A stretch of 39,762 nucleotides of DNA from Candidatus Buchananbacteria bacterium (GTDB lineage Bacteria > Patescibacteriota > Patescibacteriia > 2-01-FULL-39-33): contig CAIOLF010000051.1 of the NCBI GenBank assembly GCA_903859075.1, positions 1 through 39,762 of the forward strand. The letters run 5' to 3'. Both the position numbers and the translations under genes were made by a program. Below the pieces are notes generated by a model, which made no database searches, was not told where the DNA came from, and worked only from the letters and a program-made list of their open reading frames with translations. Below are positions 1 to 10,391 of this stretch, in pieces; position 1 is the stretch's first letter, and each line of letters begins with the position of its first letter.

Positions 1-146
1 CCCTTTTTATCCTTGGCTACAGAAATATAGATTTTCATGACGTCGCCGCAGACCGGATTCCCGACCTGGCCGATGCCGTCGGCGTTTTTTATCACTCCTT
101 GATTATGCGGATGCTGGAAATGATCCAGCACTTTCTGAGTATACAT
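1..146 (-). CDS. iscU: IscU/NifU-family Fe-S cluster scaffold protein, 5' part (runs off the window start)
   Basis: Manual translation from ATG at 146: MYTQKVLDHFQHPHNQGVIKNADGIGQVGNPVCGDVMKIYI, with the DHFxxPxN and GNPxCGD motifs; lies directly downstream of an Rrf2 regulator. Confidence 0.93.
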   Translation of the reverse strand, partial: MYTQKVLDHFQHPHNQGVIKNADGIGQVGNPVCGDVMKIYISVAKDKK

Positions 147-170
147 ATATGTTTGATCGAAAAAAAAGTA

Positions 171-572
171 TTAAATCAGATCCGACAACTTGAACTTACG
201 CAAAGTGCCGATAATATTTTTCTGCAATTCCTGCCAGACGCGCTTGGTCAGGCATTTGCCGCGTGAACAGATCATTTTTCGCGCGTCCTCACTCATGCAA
301 TAAAATAACGATAATGGCCCTTCCAAAGCCTCAACTACTTCAAAAACACTGATATTTCTTGCCGGCCGATAAATCCTATAGCCGCCAGCCATGCCCTTGG
401 AGCTTTTTACCAAATCATTGGCCTTCAACTTGGCCATAAGCTGTTCCAAATAAGAGACGGAGATATGATTTTCCTTGGCGATTTGGGCCAGTGACAACGG
501 CGTTTTGCCCTTATTCCTGGCCAAAGAAGTCATCGCTCTCATGCCATACTCCGTTTTAGTGGTAAACATCAT
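171..572 (-). CDS. Rrf2-family (IscR-like) transcriptional regulator
   Basis: TKTEYGMRAM, SYLEQL and GMAGGY winged-helix motifs plus three C-terminal Cys; upstream of iscU. Confidence 0.92.
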   Translation of the reverse strand: MMFTTKTEYGMRAMTSLARNKGKTPLSLAQIAKENHISVSYLEQLMAKLKANDLVKSSKGMAGGYRIYRPARNISVFEVVEALEGPLSLFYCMSEDARKMICSRGKCLTKRVWQELQKNIIGTLRKFKLSDLI

Positions 573-592
573 AAACTAACTTTTAGAATAAC

Positions 593-611
593 TCCTAGTA
601 ATATACTAGGA
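593..611. promoter_or_regulatory. Palindromic operator, probable Rrf2 autoregulatory site
   Basis: TCCTAGT-AATAT-ACTAGGA between the Rrf2 start and a minus-strand promoter (TTGACA 646-641, 16 nt, TATAAT 624-619). Confidence 0.6.
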
Positions 612-642
612 TATTATAATTATACTACTGCAAAAAGGGTTG

Positions 643-1482
643 TCAAGGGCGGCTGGCAATAATCATTACTTTATCCCCTAATCTCATATTTTCTTCGGAC
701 ATGACGCCTTGCTGGGTTAATTTCTGGTTCCAATCATGAGTGGCGCCAATTAAGGCGGCGTAGTCGTAGCGGTAGCCATTGCCTTTGCGCGTGCCCGGAT
801 CGTTGGTAATAAATTGGCTGCTATTATAGCCCTTGATTACCAGCATATGGTATATCGGGCCTGGCGCCTTAAAATTCGGATTATGCAGATCGCGTCCGGC
901 TGCCGGTATAATGATCAGATTGCCGTTAGACAATTCATATTTTATCTGATCGGCATTAACTTCTCGGCTGATCTTGACATTAAAGCCGAAATAATCCGCC
1001 ATCACCCGCACTATTTCTTCAGCGTTTAGATCCACGCCATAGCCATTGTCCGTTTCCCACTTTACTAGGCGCTGGATTTCCTCTTCCATAATATTATTAT
1101 TCAAAGGCAGTTTTTTAAAATACTTCACCGCCATAATCATTGAAGCTTCTTCGCAGGCCTCTTCATGGAGAGCGTCCCAATTAGTAAGCGGGGCTTGGCT
1201 GGCAAAAAGCACCGGCCACTGCACTTCCGCCGGAATGCTGACTTCTTTGGCGATGCTAGTGGAAACTGGAGCAACTACGGTTTTTTTAGTGGTACTAATG
1301 GTTGTTTTTACCGCCTCAGAACTGGTTTTCATATCTTGGCCAGCGGCTGCCGTGCTGGAAACGGTCGAGGTATTAACCGTAAGAGAATCTTCTTGAACAT
1401 TAACAGTGACCATCTTGCTACTGGAACATCCGGCCAGCAGTAAAACGATGCTTGTTAAAAGAAGCGCTTTTTTTATTAGCAT
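643..1482 (-). CDS. Lipoprotein with C39-like cysteine peptidase domain
   Basis: Lipobox LLAGC, Thr/Ser linker, SQAP...ACEEAS (catalytic Cys), YHMLVIKGY, NDPG. Confidence 0.8.
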   Translation of the reverse strand: MLIKKALLLTSIVLLLAGCSSSKMVTVNVQEDSLTVNTSTVSSTAAAGQDMKTSSEAVKTTISTTKKTVVAPVSTSIAKEVSIPAEVQWPVLFASQAPLTNWDALHEEACEEASMIMAVKYFKKLPLNNNIMEEEIQRLVKWETDNGYGVDLNAEEIVRVMADYFGFNVKISREVNADQIKYELSNGNLIIIPAAGRDLHNPNFKAPGPIYHMLVIKGYNSSQFITNDPGTRKGNGYRYDYAALIGATHDWNQKLTQQGVMSEENMRLGDKVMIIASRP

Positions 1483-2087
1483 GGTGTTTTTTTAGTATTA
1501 TGGCTTAATAAATTTTCAAAAATATTGATATTGATGATATTAATCTCCCCTTCATAGGTGGCCAGATCGCAGCATTGGCCATCGACAAAGCGATAAAGAT
1601 ACTTACCATTCTGTCCGCGAGTGAGATTAATACCCTCGATTTGCTGGACTCTTAAATAAATTTCCAGTTCGCTGTCAATTTTATAATATTCGCGGACAAA
1701 CTGGGCCATAGGGGCATTTTCCCGCAAATACAGAGCGATATCTTCACGCATAACTCCTGCCGGCTCGCCAAAACAAAGTCCCGGCTTATACTTTTCTACC
1801 AAATACAGCTTCATTTTTAATTTATCAGTTAGAACAATCTCCGTATTGGAGCTGGCTGCCGGCAAGCCAGCGTCCGGATAGAAATTGGCAGCCGAATCAA
1901 CGGCTGGGGCTGGCATACTGACTGTTTTTGCCTCTTGGCCAGTGGCGGTTGAGCTAGTCGTGGATACGGTGGGACTATTATCAATATCTTCCAATAACCC
2001 GGCTAATCGACCCGGCGTTTGCCATTGGCATCCAATAATAATTTGTGTAAATATAAACAAAATTAACAAAACCGCCAGTTTCTTCAT
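1476..2087 (-). CDS. Hypothetical lipoprotein
   Basis: Signal peptide ending IIGC, low-complexity linker, Cys-containing C-terminal domain; overlaps the start of the next gene. Confidence 0.65.
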   Translation of the reverse strand: MKKLAVLLILFIFTQIIIGCQWQTPGRLAGLLEDIDNSPTVSTTSSTATGQEAKTVSMPAPAVDSAANFYPDAGLPAASSNTEIVLTDKLKMKLYLVEKYKPGLCFGEPAGVMREDIALYLRENAPMAQFVREYYKIDSELEIYLRVQQIEGINLTRGQNGKYLYRFVDGQCCDLATYEGEINIININIFENLLSHNTKKTPC

Positions 2088-2152
2088 ATTTTTGTCTTTT
2101 TACCGCTATTAATTAACACTTTATAGCTTAATTATAGTGCTTTAAAAAACTA

Positions 2153-2181
2153 TTGACAAATAATCAAAAATTAGCTAAAAT
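2153..2181 (+). promoter_or_regulatory. Sigma70-type promoter of rpmA
   Basis: TTGACA-17 nt-TAAAAT. Confidence 0.65.
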
Positions 2182-2216
2182 ATTCAATGTAACCATAAAT
2201 AATAACTAGCGCAAAT

Positions 2217-2489
2217 ATGGCTCATAAAAAAGCGGGCGGCAGTACGCGTTTAGGACGAGATTCCAATGCGCAACGCTTAGGCATAAAACTATACGGCGGC
2301 CAAAAGGCGGAAGCTGGTTCCATCATAGTCAGGCAGCGCGGCACCAGATACCGCGCCGGCAAAAATACCAAAGTCGGCAAAGATGACAGCGTCTTCGCCA
2401 CCGCTTCCGGCGCCGTGAAATTCGTCAAAAAGAAAGTCAAAAAATTCACTGGCAAACTGGAATACGCCCAAATCGTCAATGTAGAATAA
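2217..2489 (+). CDS. rpmA: 50S ribosomal protein L27
   Basis: [16 protein letters not shown]...IIVRQRG signature. Confidence 0.98.
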   Translation: MAHKKAGGSTRLGRDSNAQRLGIKLYGGQKAEAGSIIVRQRGTRYRAGKNTKVGKDDSVFATASGAVKFVKKKVKKFTGKLEYAQIVNVE

Positions 2490-2498
2490 ATTATTATA

Positions 2499-2530
2499 AC
2501 AATCCTCGGTTTTTTCCGAGGATTGTTTTG
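2499..2530 (+). terminator. Intrinsic terminator after rpmA
   Basis: ACAATCCTCGG/CCGAGGATTGT stem followed by T-rich sequence. Confidence 0.75.
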
Positions 2531-2666
2531 TTTTATATAAATTTAACTAAAAAGCTCCCTAGCCAAATGACAGAATTAAATCACTCCGACGGATAATAAT
2601 AATTTTGTCAAAAATAAATCCGCCCCAGCAATATGCATTGGGGCGAATAAAAATGTGTACGACTGA

Positions 2667-3512
2667 CTAGCCGTTACCTTTGGCCAGCAGCGTCTTGTGA
2701 GCGGTAAGAACCTTGTTGGCGTAATTCTTGGCGTTGCCACTATAACCCTCGAGACTTCCCTGAAGGTCACCGGCGACTTTCAAATGGAAGCGAAGCGCTG
2801 CCGCTCCCAAACGGATGTTATTCTCCGGCTGAATGATTTTGGCGACAATCTCCTTCTCCGTTGTTTTGCGCGAATTTGCATACTTGCGCCAATTCGCTTT
2901 GCGGGCTTTCAGGGACGCGCCCTTGGCCAGCTTGCCCGGCTTGATCTGATCAAGCTCGGCTTTGAGGCCTTTCAGGATCCCCAGATCGTACTTCTTGTCG
3001 ACAAATAAAGCCGTTCTGGGCTGAACTTGCATCAGACCGTAGGCATTGGCCTTGGATTTCGCCCGCAACCGGTAGCGCGACTCAACGTGCGCTATCGCCG
3101 GCAGTATTCCTTGGGGAAGATTGTGCCTTTTCTCTTCGCTCAGAAACTGCCGTGCCATACTATACGCATCTCTTTCCAACAGCTTCGGATTATTGGCCTT
3201 GGCGTATTTCATATATGCCATTGCCAAATCACCTTCAGCATCTTCCAACCCGATTGTCAGTTCTGGCGGCAGAGACGCTCTTGGCCCCGGTTTGTTTGCT
3301 GGCGGCAGAGGCGCCTGAAGCGTAACTTCCTCAGGCGATTTGGGTGGCTGCAGAATCACTGGCTGCACCACCACAATCTGTACTGGTTGCATCGGTTGCG
3401 ATGCCGATGCCGTCTTCATATATGAGTTGTACAAAGCGGCCGAGAAGGCCACGATGGCATAAACAGCTAGACATCCGATGCCTGGCCACCTGCGTTCTGT
3501 TCCTTTTCCCAT
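2667..3512 (-). CDS. Membrane-anchored lytic transglycosylase (SLT domain)
   Basis: AIAHVESRY, AYGLMQV and PENNIRLG motifs; N-terminal TM helix. Start placed at ATG 3512, which has AAGGAG upstream, rather than TTG 3602. Confidence 0.85.
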   Translation of the reverse strand: MGKGTERRWPGIGCLAVYAIVAFSAALYNSYMKTASASQPMQPVQIVVVQPVILQPPKSPEEVTLQAPLPPANKPGPRASLPPELTIGLEDAEGDLAMAYMKYAKANNPKLLERDAYSMARQFLSEEKRHNLPQGILPAIAHVESRYRLRAKSKANAYGLMQVQPRTALFVDKKYDLGILKGLKAELDQIKPGKLAKGASLKARKANWRKYANSRKTTEKEIVAKIIQPENNIRLGAAALRFHLKVAGDLQGSLEGYSGNAKNYANKVLTAHKTLLAKGNG

Positions 3513-3711
3513 GTCTTCTCCTTTGTTGCCTCGCCGTAGTATTGACAAGGGCGGTTTCAAAAGGGCCAACTTAGGCCAAGTTTTCAATTTCAACCAATTC
3601 AACTCATCGTGCCATTATAGCATACATTTCACTATTTGTCAATAGAAAGCACAAAAAAACCAATAAAACCTACTAAAGTTTTATCTATTATCCCCCATAA
3701 AACAATAAAAA

Positions 3712-5358
3712 CTATCGTTTTGCCGCCTTTATCAGACCGAAAAATAAGGGGTGCGGACTTAGCGGCCGCGAAAGGAATTCCGGATGGAATTGCACACCGA
3801 TAAAAAACGGGTGTAGTTTCTTAGGCAATTCAATAATTTCCACCAGTTTGCCGTCCGGACTGGTGCCGGAAAAAATCAAGCCCTTCTTTTCCATCACTTG
3901 CCGGAAATCATTATTAAATTCATAGCGGTGGCGATGGCGCTCAAAAATCTTCTTCTCTCCATACAGCCGGCTAGCCAGTGTTCCCTCTTTGAGTTTGCAA
4001 GGATAGGCGCCCAGCCGCATCGTATTGCCATACTGCTTGTGCGCCAGCTTGGCCGCCTGCTCCGGCATGATATGAATCACCGGATTACGCGTCTTCGGGT
4101 TTATTTCCGTAGTATTGGCGTCCTTGAGGCCACAGACGTGACGCGCGAATTCAATCGTCGCCAGCTGCATGCCATAGCAGAGTCCTAGATAAGGAATCTT
4201 ATTTTCCCTGGCAAATTGAATCGCCGCAATCTTACCTTCCACTCCCCGGCTGCCGAAGCCGCCAGGCACGACCAAGCAGTCAAAATTTTTCAATTCTTTC
4301 AGTTTCTTCTTATCTTTTTCAAAATCATCGCTGTTAATCCATTCAATCACCGGTTTGCGTTTATTGTGCCAAGAGGCGTATTTGAGCGACTCAATAACTG
4401 AAATATAGGCGTCCGGCAGAATAAAATCGCCTGTCTCAAAATATTTGCCCACGATGCCAATACGCACCGGCGGCATTTGGCTCTTGGCCGTAGCGACCAG
4501 CTGGCGCCACTGCTTCATATCTTGTTTTTTGGCCTTTAATCCGAACTGCTTGAGAATCTTGGCGGATAAATTTTCTTTTTCAAAATTAAGCGGCACTTCA
4601 TAAACCACGTCAATGTCCGGCGCGGAAATGATGTGATCCGGCTGGACATTGCAAAATAGAGCCAGCTTGCGCTTGCGCGGCTCGTCAATCGGATGAGTGC
4701 TGCGCCCTAAGATAAAATCCGGCTGGATGCCGACGGAATTAAGCGCTTGGGCGGCAAATTGCGTCGGCTTGGTCTTCATCTCGCCTATTTTGCTGGGTAC
4801 CGGCAGATAACTGACTAAAAAAAACATTACCTTATCGGGTGACTCTAAATGCATCATGCGCGCCGCCTCCAAATATAGGATATTCTGATACTCGCCGACC
4901 GTGCCGCCGATTTCGATAATGGTAATATCCGCCTTAGCTTTTTTGGCTGCGGCCTTGATACGATGGATTATTTCATAAGGAATATGCGGCACCGCCTCGA
5001 CGCATTTACCGCCATACTCAAGATTACGCTCGCGAGCGATAACCGAACCGTACACGCGCCCAGTAGTCATATAATTGAGCCGCTCTATCTCTATGCCTAA
5101 AAATCTCTCGTAATTGCCAATGTCCTGATCGGTCTCATCGCCATCGGTAGTCACAAACACCTCGCCATGCTCCACTGGATTCATCGTGCCGGCATCGACA
5201 TTAAGATAGGGGTCAATTTTTAACGCCGTCACTATCAGGCCGCGCGCTTGCAGAATCCTGCCGATGGAGGCCGCCGCGATACCCTTGCCGACCCCGGACA
5301 TCACTCCACCCACTACAAAAATATACTTGCTCCCCTGAGGGGATTTTTTTGCTTGCAT
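3712..5358 (-). CDS. pyrG: CTP synthase
   Basis: GGVMSGVGKG, KIDPYLNVDAGTMNP, GLCYGMQ, ERHRHRYE, QFHPEF. Confidence 0.98.
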   Translation of the reverse strand: MQAKKSPQGSKYIFVVGGVMSGVGKGIAAASIGRILQARGLIVTALKIDPYLNVDAGTMNPVEHGEVFVTTDGDETDQDIGNYERFLGIEIERLNYMTTGRVYGSVIARERNLEYGGKCVEAVPHIPYEIIHRIKAAAKKAKADITIIEIGGTVGEYQNILYLEAARMMHLESPDKVMFFLVSYLPVPSKIGEMKTKPTQFAAQALNSVGIQPDFILGRSTHPIDEPRKRKLALFCNVQPDHIISAPDIDVVYEVPLNFEKENLSAKILKQFGLKAKKQDMKQWRQLVATAKSQMPPVRIGIVGKYFETGDFILPDAYISVIESLKYASWHNKRKPVIEWINSDDFEKDKKKLKELKNFDCLVVPGGFGSRGVEGKIAAIQFARENKIPYLGLCYGMQLATIEFARHVCGLKDANTTEINPKTRNPVIHIMPEQAAKLAHKQYGNTMRLGAYPCKLKEGTLASRLYGEKKIFERHRHRYEFNNDFRQVMEKKGLIFSGTSPDGKLVEIIELPKKLHPFFIGVQFHPEFLSRPLSPHPLFFGLIKAAKR

Positions 5359-5391
5359 AAAATTTTGTCACCTTAGTTACTTTATAAAATT

Positions 5392-5490
5392 CAAGAAACA
5401 AGATACGAGAAACAAATTAAATTTCTAATTACCAGTATTTTACTTAATAATCGAATTTATTATTTTTTGTATCTTGTACCTTGTTTCTTG
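5392..5490. repeat. 25-bp imperfect inverted repeat built of CAAGAAA/CAAGATA heptamers
   Basis: Arms 5392-5416 and 5466-5490 match at 22/25 positions. Confidence 0.8.
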
Positions 5491-5513
5491 CGCCTTGATC
5501 ATTTAACAAAGGA

Positions 5514-5544
5514 GAAACGTCCCCTGAGAGGCAGCGGACGTTTC
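5514..5544 (-). terminator. Hairpin downstream of rplI
   Basis: GAAACGTCC...GGACGTTTC stem. Confidence 0.55.
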
Positions 5545-5572
5545 TTTATTCTCCTAATAATTTTAGGAAAAA

Positions 5573-6016
5573 TCAACCGGCAATAGCAATCACGGTTATT
5601 TCCGCCTCTAAATTATGATTCAAATTAATCTTAACAGTAAATTCACCTTCTTCTTTTATCGGCTCCGCCAGCAATATTTGCTCTTTTTTTATTTCCCAGC
5701 CCTTGTCTTTTAACTTTTTAGCAATCGCCGTAGCGCCGATAGCGGCATAAAATCTTCCCTCGCTATTGGCTTTGGTCTTAATCTCAACGATTTGTCCGTC
5801 AATCTTGGCTACTGCTTTTTCGGCATTTAGCAGATCCTTAACCGCCAATCGCGTTTTCTCTTCTGCTTGGCGCTTCAGTTTGGCGATATTCTCAGCGGTA
5901 GCCGGTTGCGCCAAATTTCCGGGCAATAAAAAATTACGGGCGTAGCCGTCAGTTGCCTCTTTGATCTCGCCTTGTTTTCCCAAACCTTTAACGTCTTTCA
6001 GAAGTATCACTTTCAT
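5573..6016 (-). CDS. rplI: 50S ribosomal protein L9
   Basis: [20 protein letters not shown]...GYARNFLLP; true start at ATG 6016. Confidence 0.97.
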   Translation of the reverse strand: MKVILLKDVKGLGKQGEIKEATDGYARNFLLPGNLAQPATAENIAKLKRQAEEKTRLAVKDLLNAEKAVAKIDGQIVEIKTKANSEGRFYAAIGATAIAKKLKDKGWEIKKEQILLAEPIKEEGEFTVKINLNHNLEAEITVIAIAG

Positions 6017-6091
6017 AATAAAAATTATATAAACATTATAATACTTCCGCTTAGGCGCTGGCAATAGTTTTTGTCAAGGCGCTAACTTAGA

Positions 6092-6117
6092 AACCCCCGC
6101 CCAGGAGGGCGGGGGTT
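6092..6117 (-). terminator. Terminator after the S41 protease gene
   Basis: AACCCCCGCCC-AGGA-GGGCGGGGGTT perfect stem. Confidence 0.75.
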
Positions 6118-6123
6118 GTTAAA

Positions 6124-7575
6124 TTATTGTCTGATAATTTCGATGGCTTTATCCAGCTGCGGGTCTCTGTCCTTATTAAAATCTTCAGGGGTCATCTCCA
6201 CCTTTATATCCGGCTCGATTCCCTGCTCGTCAATGGAGCGCCCTTTGGGCGTAAACCATTTGGCGATAGTAATCTTTACCGACGAGCCGTCATCTAGATT
6301 CACCAAATCCTGAACTGATCCTTTGCCGAAAGTCTTGGTGCCGACCAATTTGGCCTTGCCCCAATCCTGCAGGGCGCCGGAGACGATTTCCGAAGCTGAG
6401 GCGCTGCCCCCATCAACCAATACTACTGTCTTATATCCGGCAAGACGCGGAAAGCGATCGGAAGCGTGCTTAATTTCGCTGCCATCGCGCAGTTTTTCCG
6501 AAACTACCACTTCATTGCCGACCCACTCTCCGCCGACATCGATTGCCGACTGCAAGTAGCCGCCGGGGTCATTGCGCAAATCCAGAATTATATTCTTAAT
6601 ATTCTTATTGGCTGTTATTTCTACGATGGCCTTGTCAAGCAGGGGCACCGTATCTTCATTGAATTGCCGCATCTTGATATAAGCGATATCTTTGTCTTTT
6701 ATTTCCCAAGTCACGCTTTTGACCGTAATCGCATCCCTAGTGATTTCAAAATCCTTGGGCGCGTCCATCCCTTCTCGAAAAATTGTCAAGGTGACTTTTG
6801 TTCCTTTGGGTCCACGAATTAAGCTGACCGCTTCGTTAGCCGTCATGCTCTTGGTGCTAGTTCCATTGATTTTTAAAATTAAATCCTTGGGCTTTAAGCC
6901 AGCTTTTTCTGCCGGCGTATCCGGCAAGGGCGCCACGATTATCAGATTATTATTCTTGATCGCAATTTCAGCGCCGATGCCCTCAAAATTACCTTTAAGA
7001 TCCTGCTGGAATTGATTGCTGTCAGTCGGCGTCATAAAAATAGAATAAGGATCGCCGAGCGAACTGAGTATCCCCTGCAGAGCGCCATAAAAAAGCTGCG
7101 TATCCGGAATATCCTTATTGTAATATTTTTCTTTGACAATATTCCAGACTTCCCAGAACTGCTGGAAATTAACATCCTTCTTTAAGTAATCCGGCAAATT
7201 TGCAGTGCTAGTAGCGGTACTGGTAGCAGTGGAAGTGGGAATATTTAAACCTTTAATAATGATCTGATCACTAGCTTTGGCATCATTTATTATTTTGCCA
7301 CCGGCATCGCTGGCGGGCGTGAAATCAACTCCGCCGCCGGCCAGTACGCCGCCGGCAAAGGCTATAATTACAAAAATAGAGACAATCCATAAGGAAATCC
7401 TGGTCGTAATCAACCCGCTTTTACAAGCACCGGTAAAGCAGGGCTTTCTTACCGGCTGACTGCCACTTGGCGGCTGGAACGGCGACCTTGTTGCCGGCGC
7501 TGCTCGGCTAGATATGCTTGCCCGCCTATTATTCTGGCCATTGTTTACGGAGTGAATTTGTTTCATCTTTAACAT
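6124..7575 (-). CDS. ctpA: S41 carboxyl-terminal processing protease with PDZ domain
   Basis: GIGAEI (PDZ), LDLRNDPGG, SASASEI, TFGKGSVQ, GIEPD; N-terminal TM helix. Confidence 0.93.
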   Translation of the reverse strand: MLKMKQIHSVNNGQNNRRASISSRAAPATRSPFQPPSGSQPVRKPCFTGACKSGLITTRISLWIVSIFVIIAFAGGVLAGGGVDFTPASDAGGKIINDAKASDQIIIKGLNIPTSTATSTATSTANLPDYLKKDVNFQQFWEVWNIVKEKYYNKDIPDTQLFYGALQGILSSLGDPYSIFMTPTDSNQFQQDLKGNFEGIGAEIAIKNNNLIIVAPLPDTPAEKAGLKPKDLILKINGTSTKSMTANEAVSLIRGPKGTKVTLTIFREGMDAPKDFEITRDAITVKSVTWEIKDKDIAYIKMRQFNEDTVPLLDKAIVEITANKNIKNIILDLRNDPGGYLQSAIDVGGEWVGNEVVVSEKLRDGSEIKHASDRFPRLAGYKTVVLVDGGSASASEIVSGALQDWGKAKLVGTKTFGKGSVQDLVNLDDGSSVKITIAKWFTPKGRSIDEQGIEPDIKVEMTPEDFNKDRDPQLDKAIEIIRQ

Positions 7576-7770
7576 AATTATTTGCTAATTCAATACACAT
7601 TAGATTATAACAGAAAAGCAAAACTGTTGCAAAAGATTATTTTTACTGATTTTTTCCATCTTTTTTACCGCCAAAATTTATCCAGTCGGGTCAATAACTC
7701 TGGCCTTTATTTTTTTAATAAAAAATGCTAAGATATTACCTAGTTGAACTAATAAAAAAACCGTTAAAAT

Positions 7771-9036
7771 ATGGAAAAATACATCATCAAGGGGGGGCTA
7801 GAACTACACGGCGAAATCAGCGTTTCCGGAGCTAAAAATGAAGCTCTAAAAGTAATTGCCGCGGCCGTACTGTCTGAAGACGTTTGTACGATAAAAAACG
7901 TCCCGGATATTGAAGACATTAATCGTTTGATAGAAATTTTGGAAGATTTAGGTGCCACGGTGGAGCGCAGCGATCACCGGCTGGTAATCAATCCGGCAAA
8001 AATAAACAAGACCGAGCCGACTCCGGAATTGATCCGCAAGCTAAGAGCATCGGTCATGTTTGCCGGACCGCTGCTGGCGCGCGTCGGCGAAGTGACCATG
8101 GCTCACCCCGGCGGCTGCGTTATCGGCCAGCGGCCGATTGATATGTTTTTGGCCGGCTTCCGGGCCTTGGGCGCTGAAGTCATTGAAAATGAGCACCAAT
8201 ACACTTTGCGCGCCAAAAAGCTCAAGGGCGCCAAAATCGTCATGCCCTGGATTGCCGTCACCGCGACCGAATCCTTGATGATGACGGCATGTCTCGCCGA
8301 AGGCACTACCACTATTATCAATGCCGCCATGGAGCCGGAAATTCCCGCTCTAGCCGATTATCTCAATTCCTGCGGCGCCAAAATTTCCGGTGCCGGGACT
8401 CCGATAATTACCATTGCGGGAGTCGAAAAAATCAGCGGCGGCACCTGCGCTCTTATCCCCGACCGCATTGAGGCGGGATCGTTTGTCATTATGGGATTGG
8501 CCACTGGCAGTGAGATCAAAGTCACCAACCTCAATCCTAATCACCTGGAAACGGTAATCACCAACTTGCAAAAAACCGGCGCTAACTTAGAAATCGGATC
8601 GGACTATATTATTACCAGGCCCAGCAAGCTAAAAGGCATTGAACTTCGTACCCATGAATATCCCGGCTTTCCTACCGATCTGCAAGCGCCTTTTACCGTG
8701 CTTATGACCCAAGCCAAGGGAATTTCCTTGATCCATGAGACTATTTATGAAGGCCGCTTGTTTTATACCGACAAGCTGAACCAAATGGGCGCTCATATTA
8801 TCATGTGCGACCCGCACCGCGTCATTGTTAATGGTCCGGCCGAGTTATCCGGAAAAACACTAGAAAGCCCGGATTTGCGTGCCGGCATGGCACTCGTTAT
8901 CGCCGGTCTTGTCGCCAGCGGCAAAACCGCCGTGGAGAACATCTACCAAATTGAGCGCGGCTATGAAAATATCATCAGCCGCCTTAAGGGGCTAGGGGCA
9001 AATATCGAAAAAATCGACGATTGCCTCGTTAAATAA
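7771..9036 (+). CDS. murA: UDP-N-acetylglucosamine 1-carboxyvinyltransferase
   Basis: SGAKN, LRAS, PGGCVIGQRPID, YPGFPTDLQ, DLRAG. Confidence 0.97.
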   Translation: MEKYIIKGGLELHGEISVSGAKNEALKVIAAAVLSEDVCTIKNVPDIEDINRLIEILEDLGATVERSDHRLVINPAKINKTEPTPELIRKLRASVMFAGPLLARVGEVTMAHPGGCVIGQRPIDMFLAGFRALGAEVIENEHQYTLRAKKLKGAKIVMPWIAVTATESLMMTACLAEGTTTIINAAMEPEIPALADYLNSCGAKISGAGTPIITIAGVEKISGGTCALIPDRIEAGSFVIMGLATGSEIKVTNLNPNHLETVITNLQKTGANLEIGSDYIITRPSKLKGIELRTHEYPGFPTDLQAPFTVLMTQAKGISLIHETIYEGRLFYTDKLNQMGAHIIMCDPHRVIVNGPAELSGKTLESPDLRAGMALVIAGLVASGKTAVENIYQIERGYENIISRLKGLGANIEKIDDCLVK

Positions 9037-9041
9037 CCATT

Positions 9042-10379
9042 ATGACCAAGCTCCACCGCCGGATAATTTACATCGTTTTCATCCTTATCTTCCTGATTGC
9101 CGCGCCGACTGTCATTCTCTATACTTCCGGCTATCGTTATAATTTCCAAAAAGCGCGAGTGCAAAAAACCGGCATCATGATGCTTAGCTCCGTGCCGCGC
9201 GGCGCGGAGATCTGGCTTAACGGCAAACAAGTCGACAAAAAAACGACGCCGGCTCGATTGGAATATATTTTGCCGGGCGACTACGAGATTCAATTCAAAA
9301 AATCCGACTACCATGATTGGCAGAAAAAATTGCCCGTTTATGAGAATAACACCACCTTCGCGGAAAAAGTAGTCCTGTGGAAGCAAAGCCAGCCGCAAAT
9401 AATGTCCGCCTCTACTAGCAATTCTTGGCTGCTAACCTCGGATAAACGGCAGGCGGCGATGCTGGCTGCCAGCAACACCCTAGTGCTTTTGGAGGTGGGC
9501 GGCGATCTGACTGATTTTTTAATGGCTAACGAGGCCGGCTTAAGAGACAGCTTTGATTTTAAAGATTATAACCAGGTCAACATTCTTGACTGGTCGCCGG
9601 ATAATAAAAAAATATTGCTGTCCGCCACTGGCAAGGCCGACTATTATCTAGTTTTTAACACTCTAAATAAACAGTTGCAAAAAATCAGCGGCCAATTCAA
9701 AATTATCGACTGGGGCGAAAATAGCGACTTGCTTTATGGCGCAGATAAGCTTGGCTTTTGGCAGATTGATCCAATCGCCGGCCAGCAAAAAATGATATTT
9801 AAGTCATTCTTGCCTGATGACTTCTTAATTGCCGATGGTAAGATATTTTATTTGGAAAATCAGACTTTATGGGAAAAGAATTTGGTTAATGGCCGCAATG
9901 GCGTAGTTACCTCTCCGGTAAAATGCGACCATTGCCACTTGACTAAAAAAATCGGCAATCGTTTCGTGCTACAAGGACGGCAAACGCAAAAACTGCTCAT
10001 TATCGATGCCGCTAACCGTAAAAACGATATGGAAAACAGCGCCAAAAATCTCTACTGGCTAAGTAGCGACTCATTGTTGTTCTATAATGATTGGGAGATG
10101 TATATTTATGACTTGCATAAGAAAGATCCTGAGCTTATCACCAGATTGGGCCAGCCGATCAAAAGCGCTCTGTGGCACCCCAAAGGCAAACATTTAATTT
10201 TTGCCGCTGGAAACAAAATAAACATCATTGAATTGGATAATCGCGAACTGCGCAATGTGATTGACTTGGCAGACAACGCTGAAGTCAAGGATCTGGCTAC
10301 TAGCCGCGATGGCAAAATACTGTACTTCAGCGGCAAAGTTAACGGCACCGAGGGAGTGTATAAATTAGTTTTGCAATAA
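9042..10379 (+). CDS. Membrane-anchored PEGA-domain protein with beta-propeller-like C-terminus
   Basis: TM helix, SGYRY...TG, SVPRGAEIWLNG, PGDYEIQFKKSDYHDW; WSPD/WHPKG repeats. Confidence 0.8.
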   Translation: MTKLHRRIIYIVFILIFLIAAPTVILYTSGYRYNFQKARVQKTGIMMLSSVPRGAEIWLNGKQVDKKTTPARLEYILPGDYEIQFKKSDYHDWQKKLPVYENNTTFAEKVVLWKQSQPQIMSASTSNSWLLTSDKRQAAMLAASNTLVLLEVGGDLTDFLMANEAGLRDSFDFKDYNQVNILDWSPDNKKILLSATGKADYYLVFNTLNKQLQKISGQFKIIDWGENSDLLYGADKLGFWQIDPIAGQQKMIFKSFLPDDFLIADGKIFYLENQTLWEKNLVNGRNGVVTSPVKCDHCHLTKKIGNRFVLQGRQTQKLLIIDAANRKNDMENSAKNLYWLSSDSLLFYNDWEMYIYDLHKKDPELITRLGQPIKSALWHPKGKHLIFAAGNKINIIELDNRELRNVIDLADNAEVKDLATSRDGKILYFSGKVNGTEGVYKLVLQ

Positions 10380-10391
10380 AACAATTCCTCC

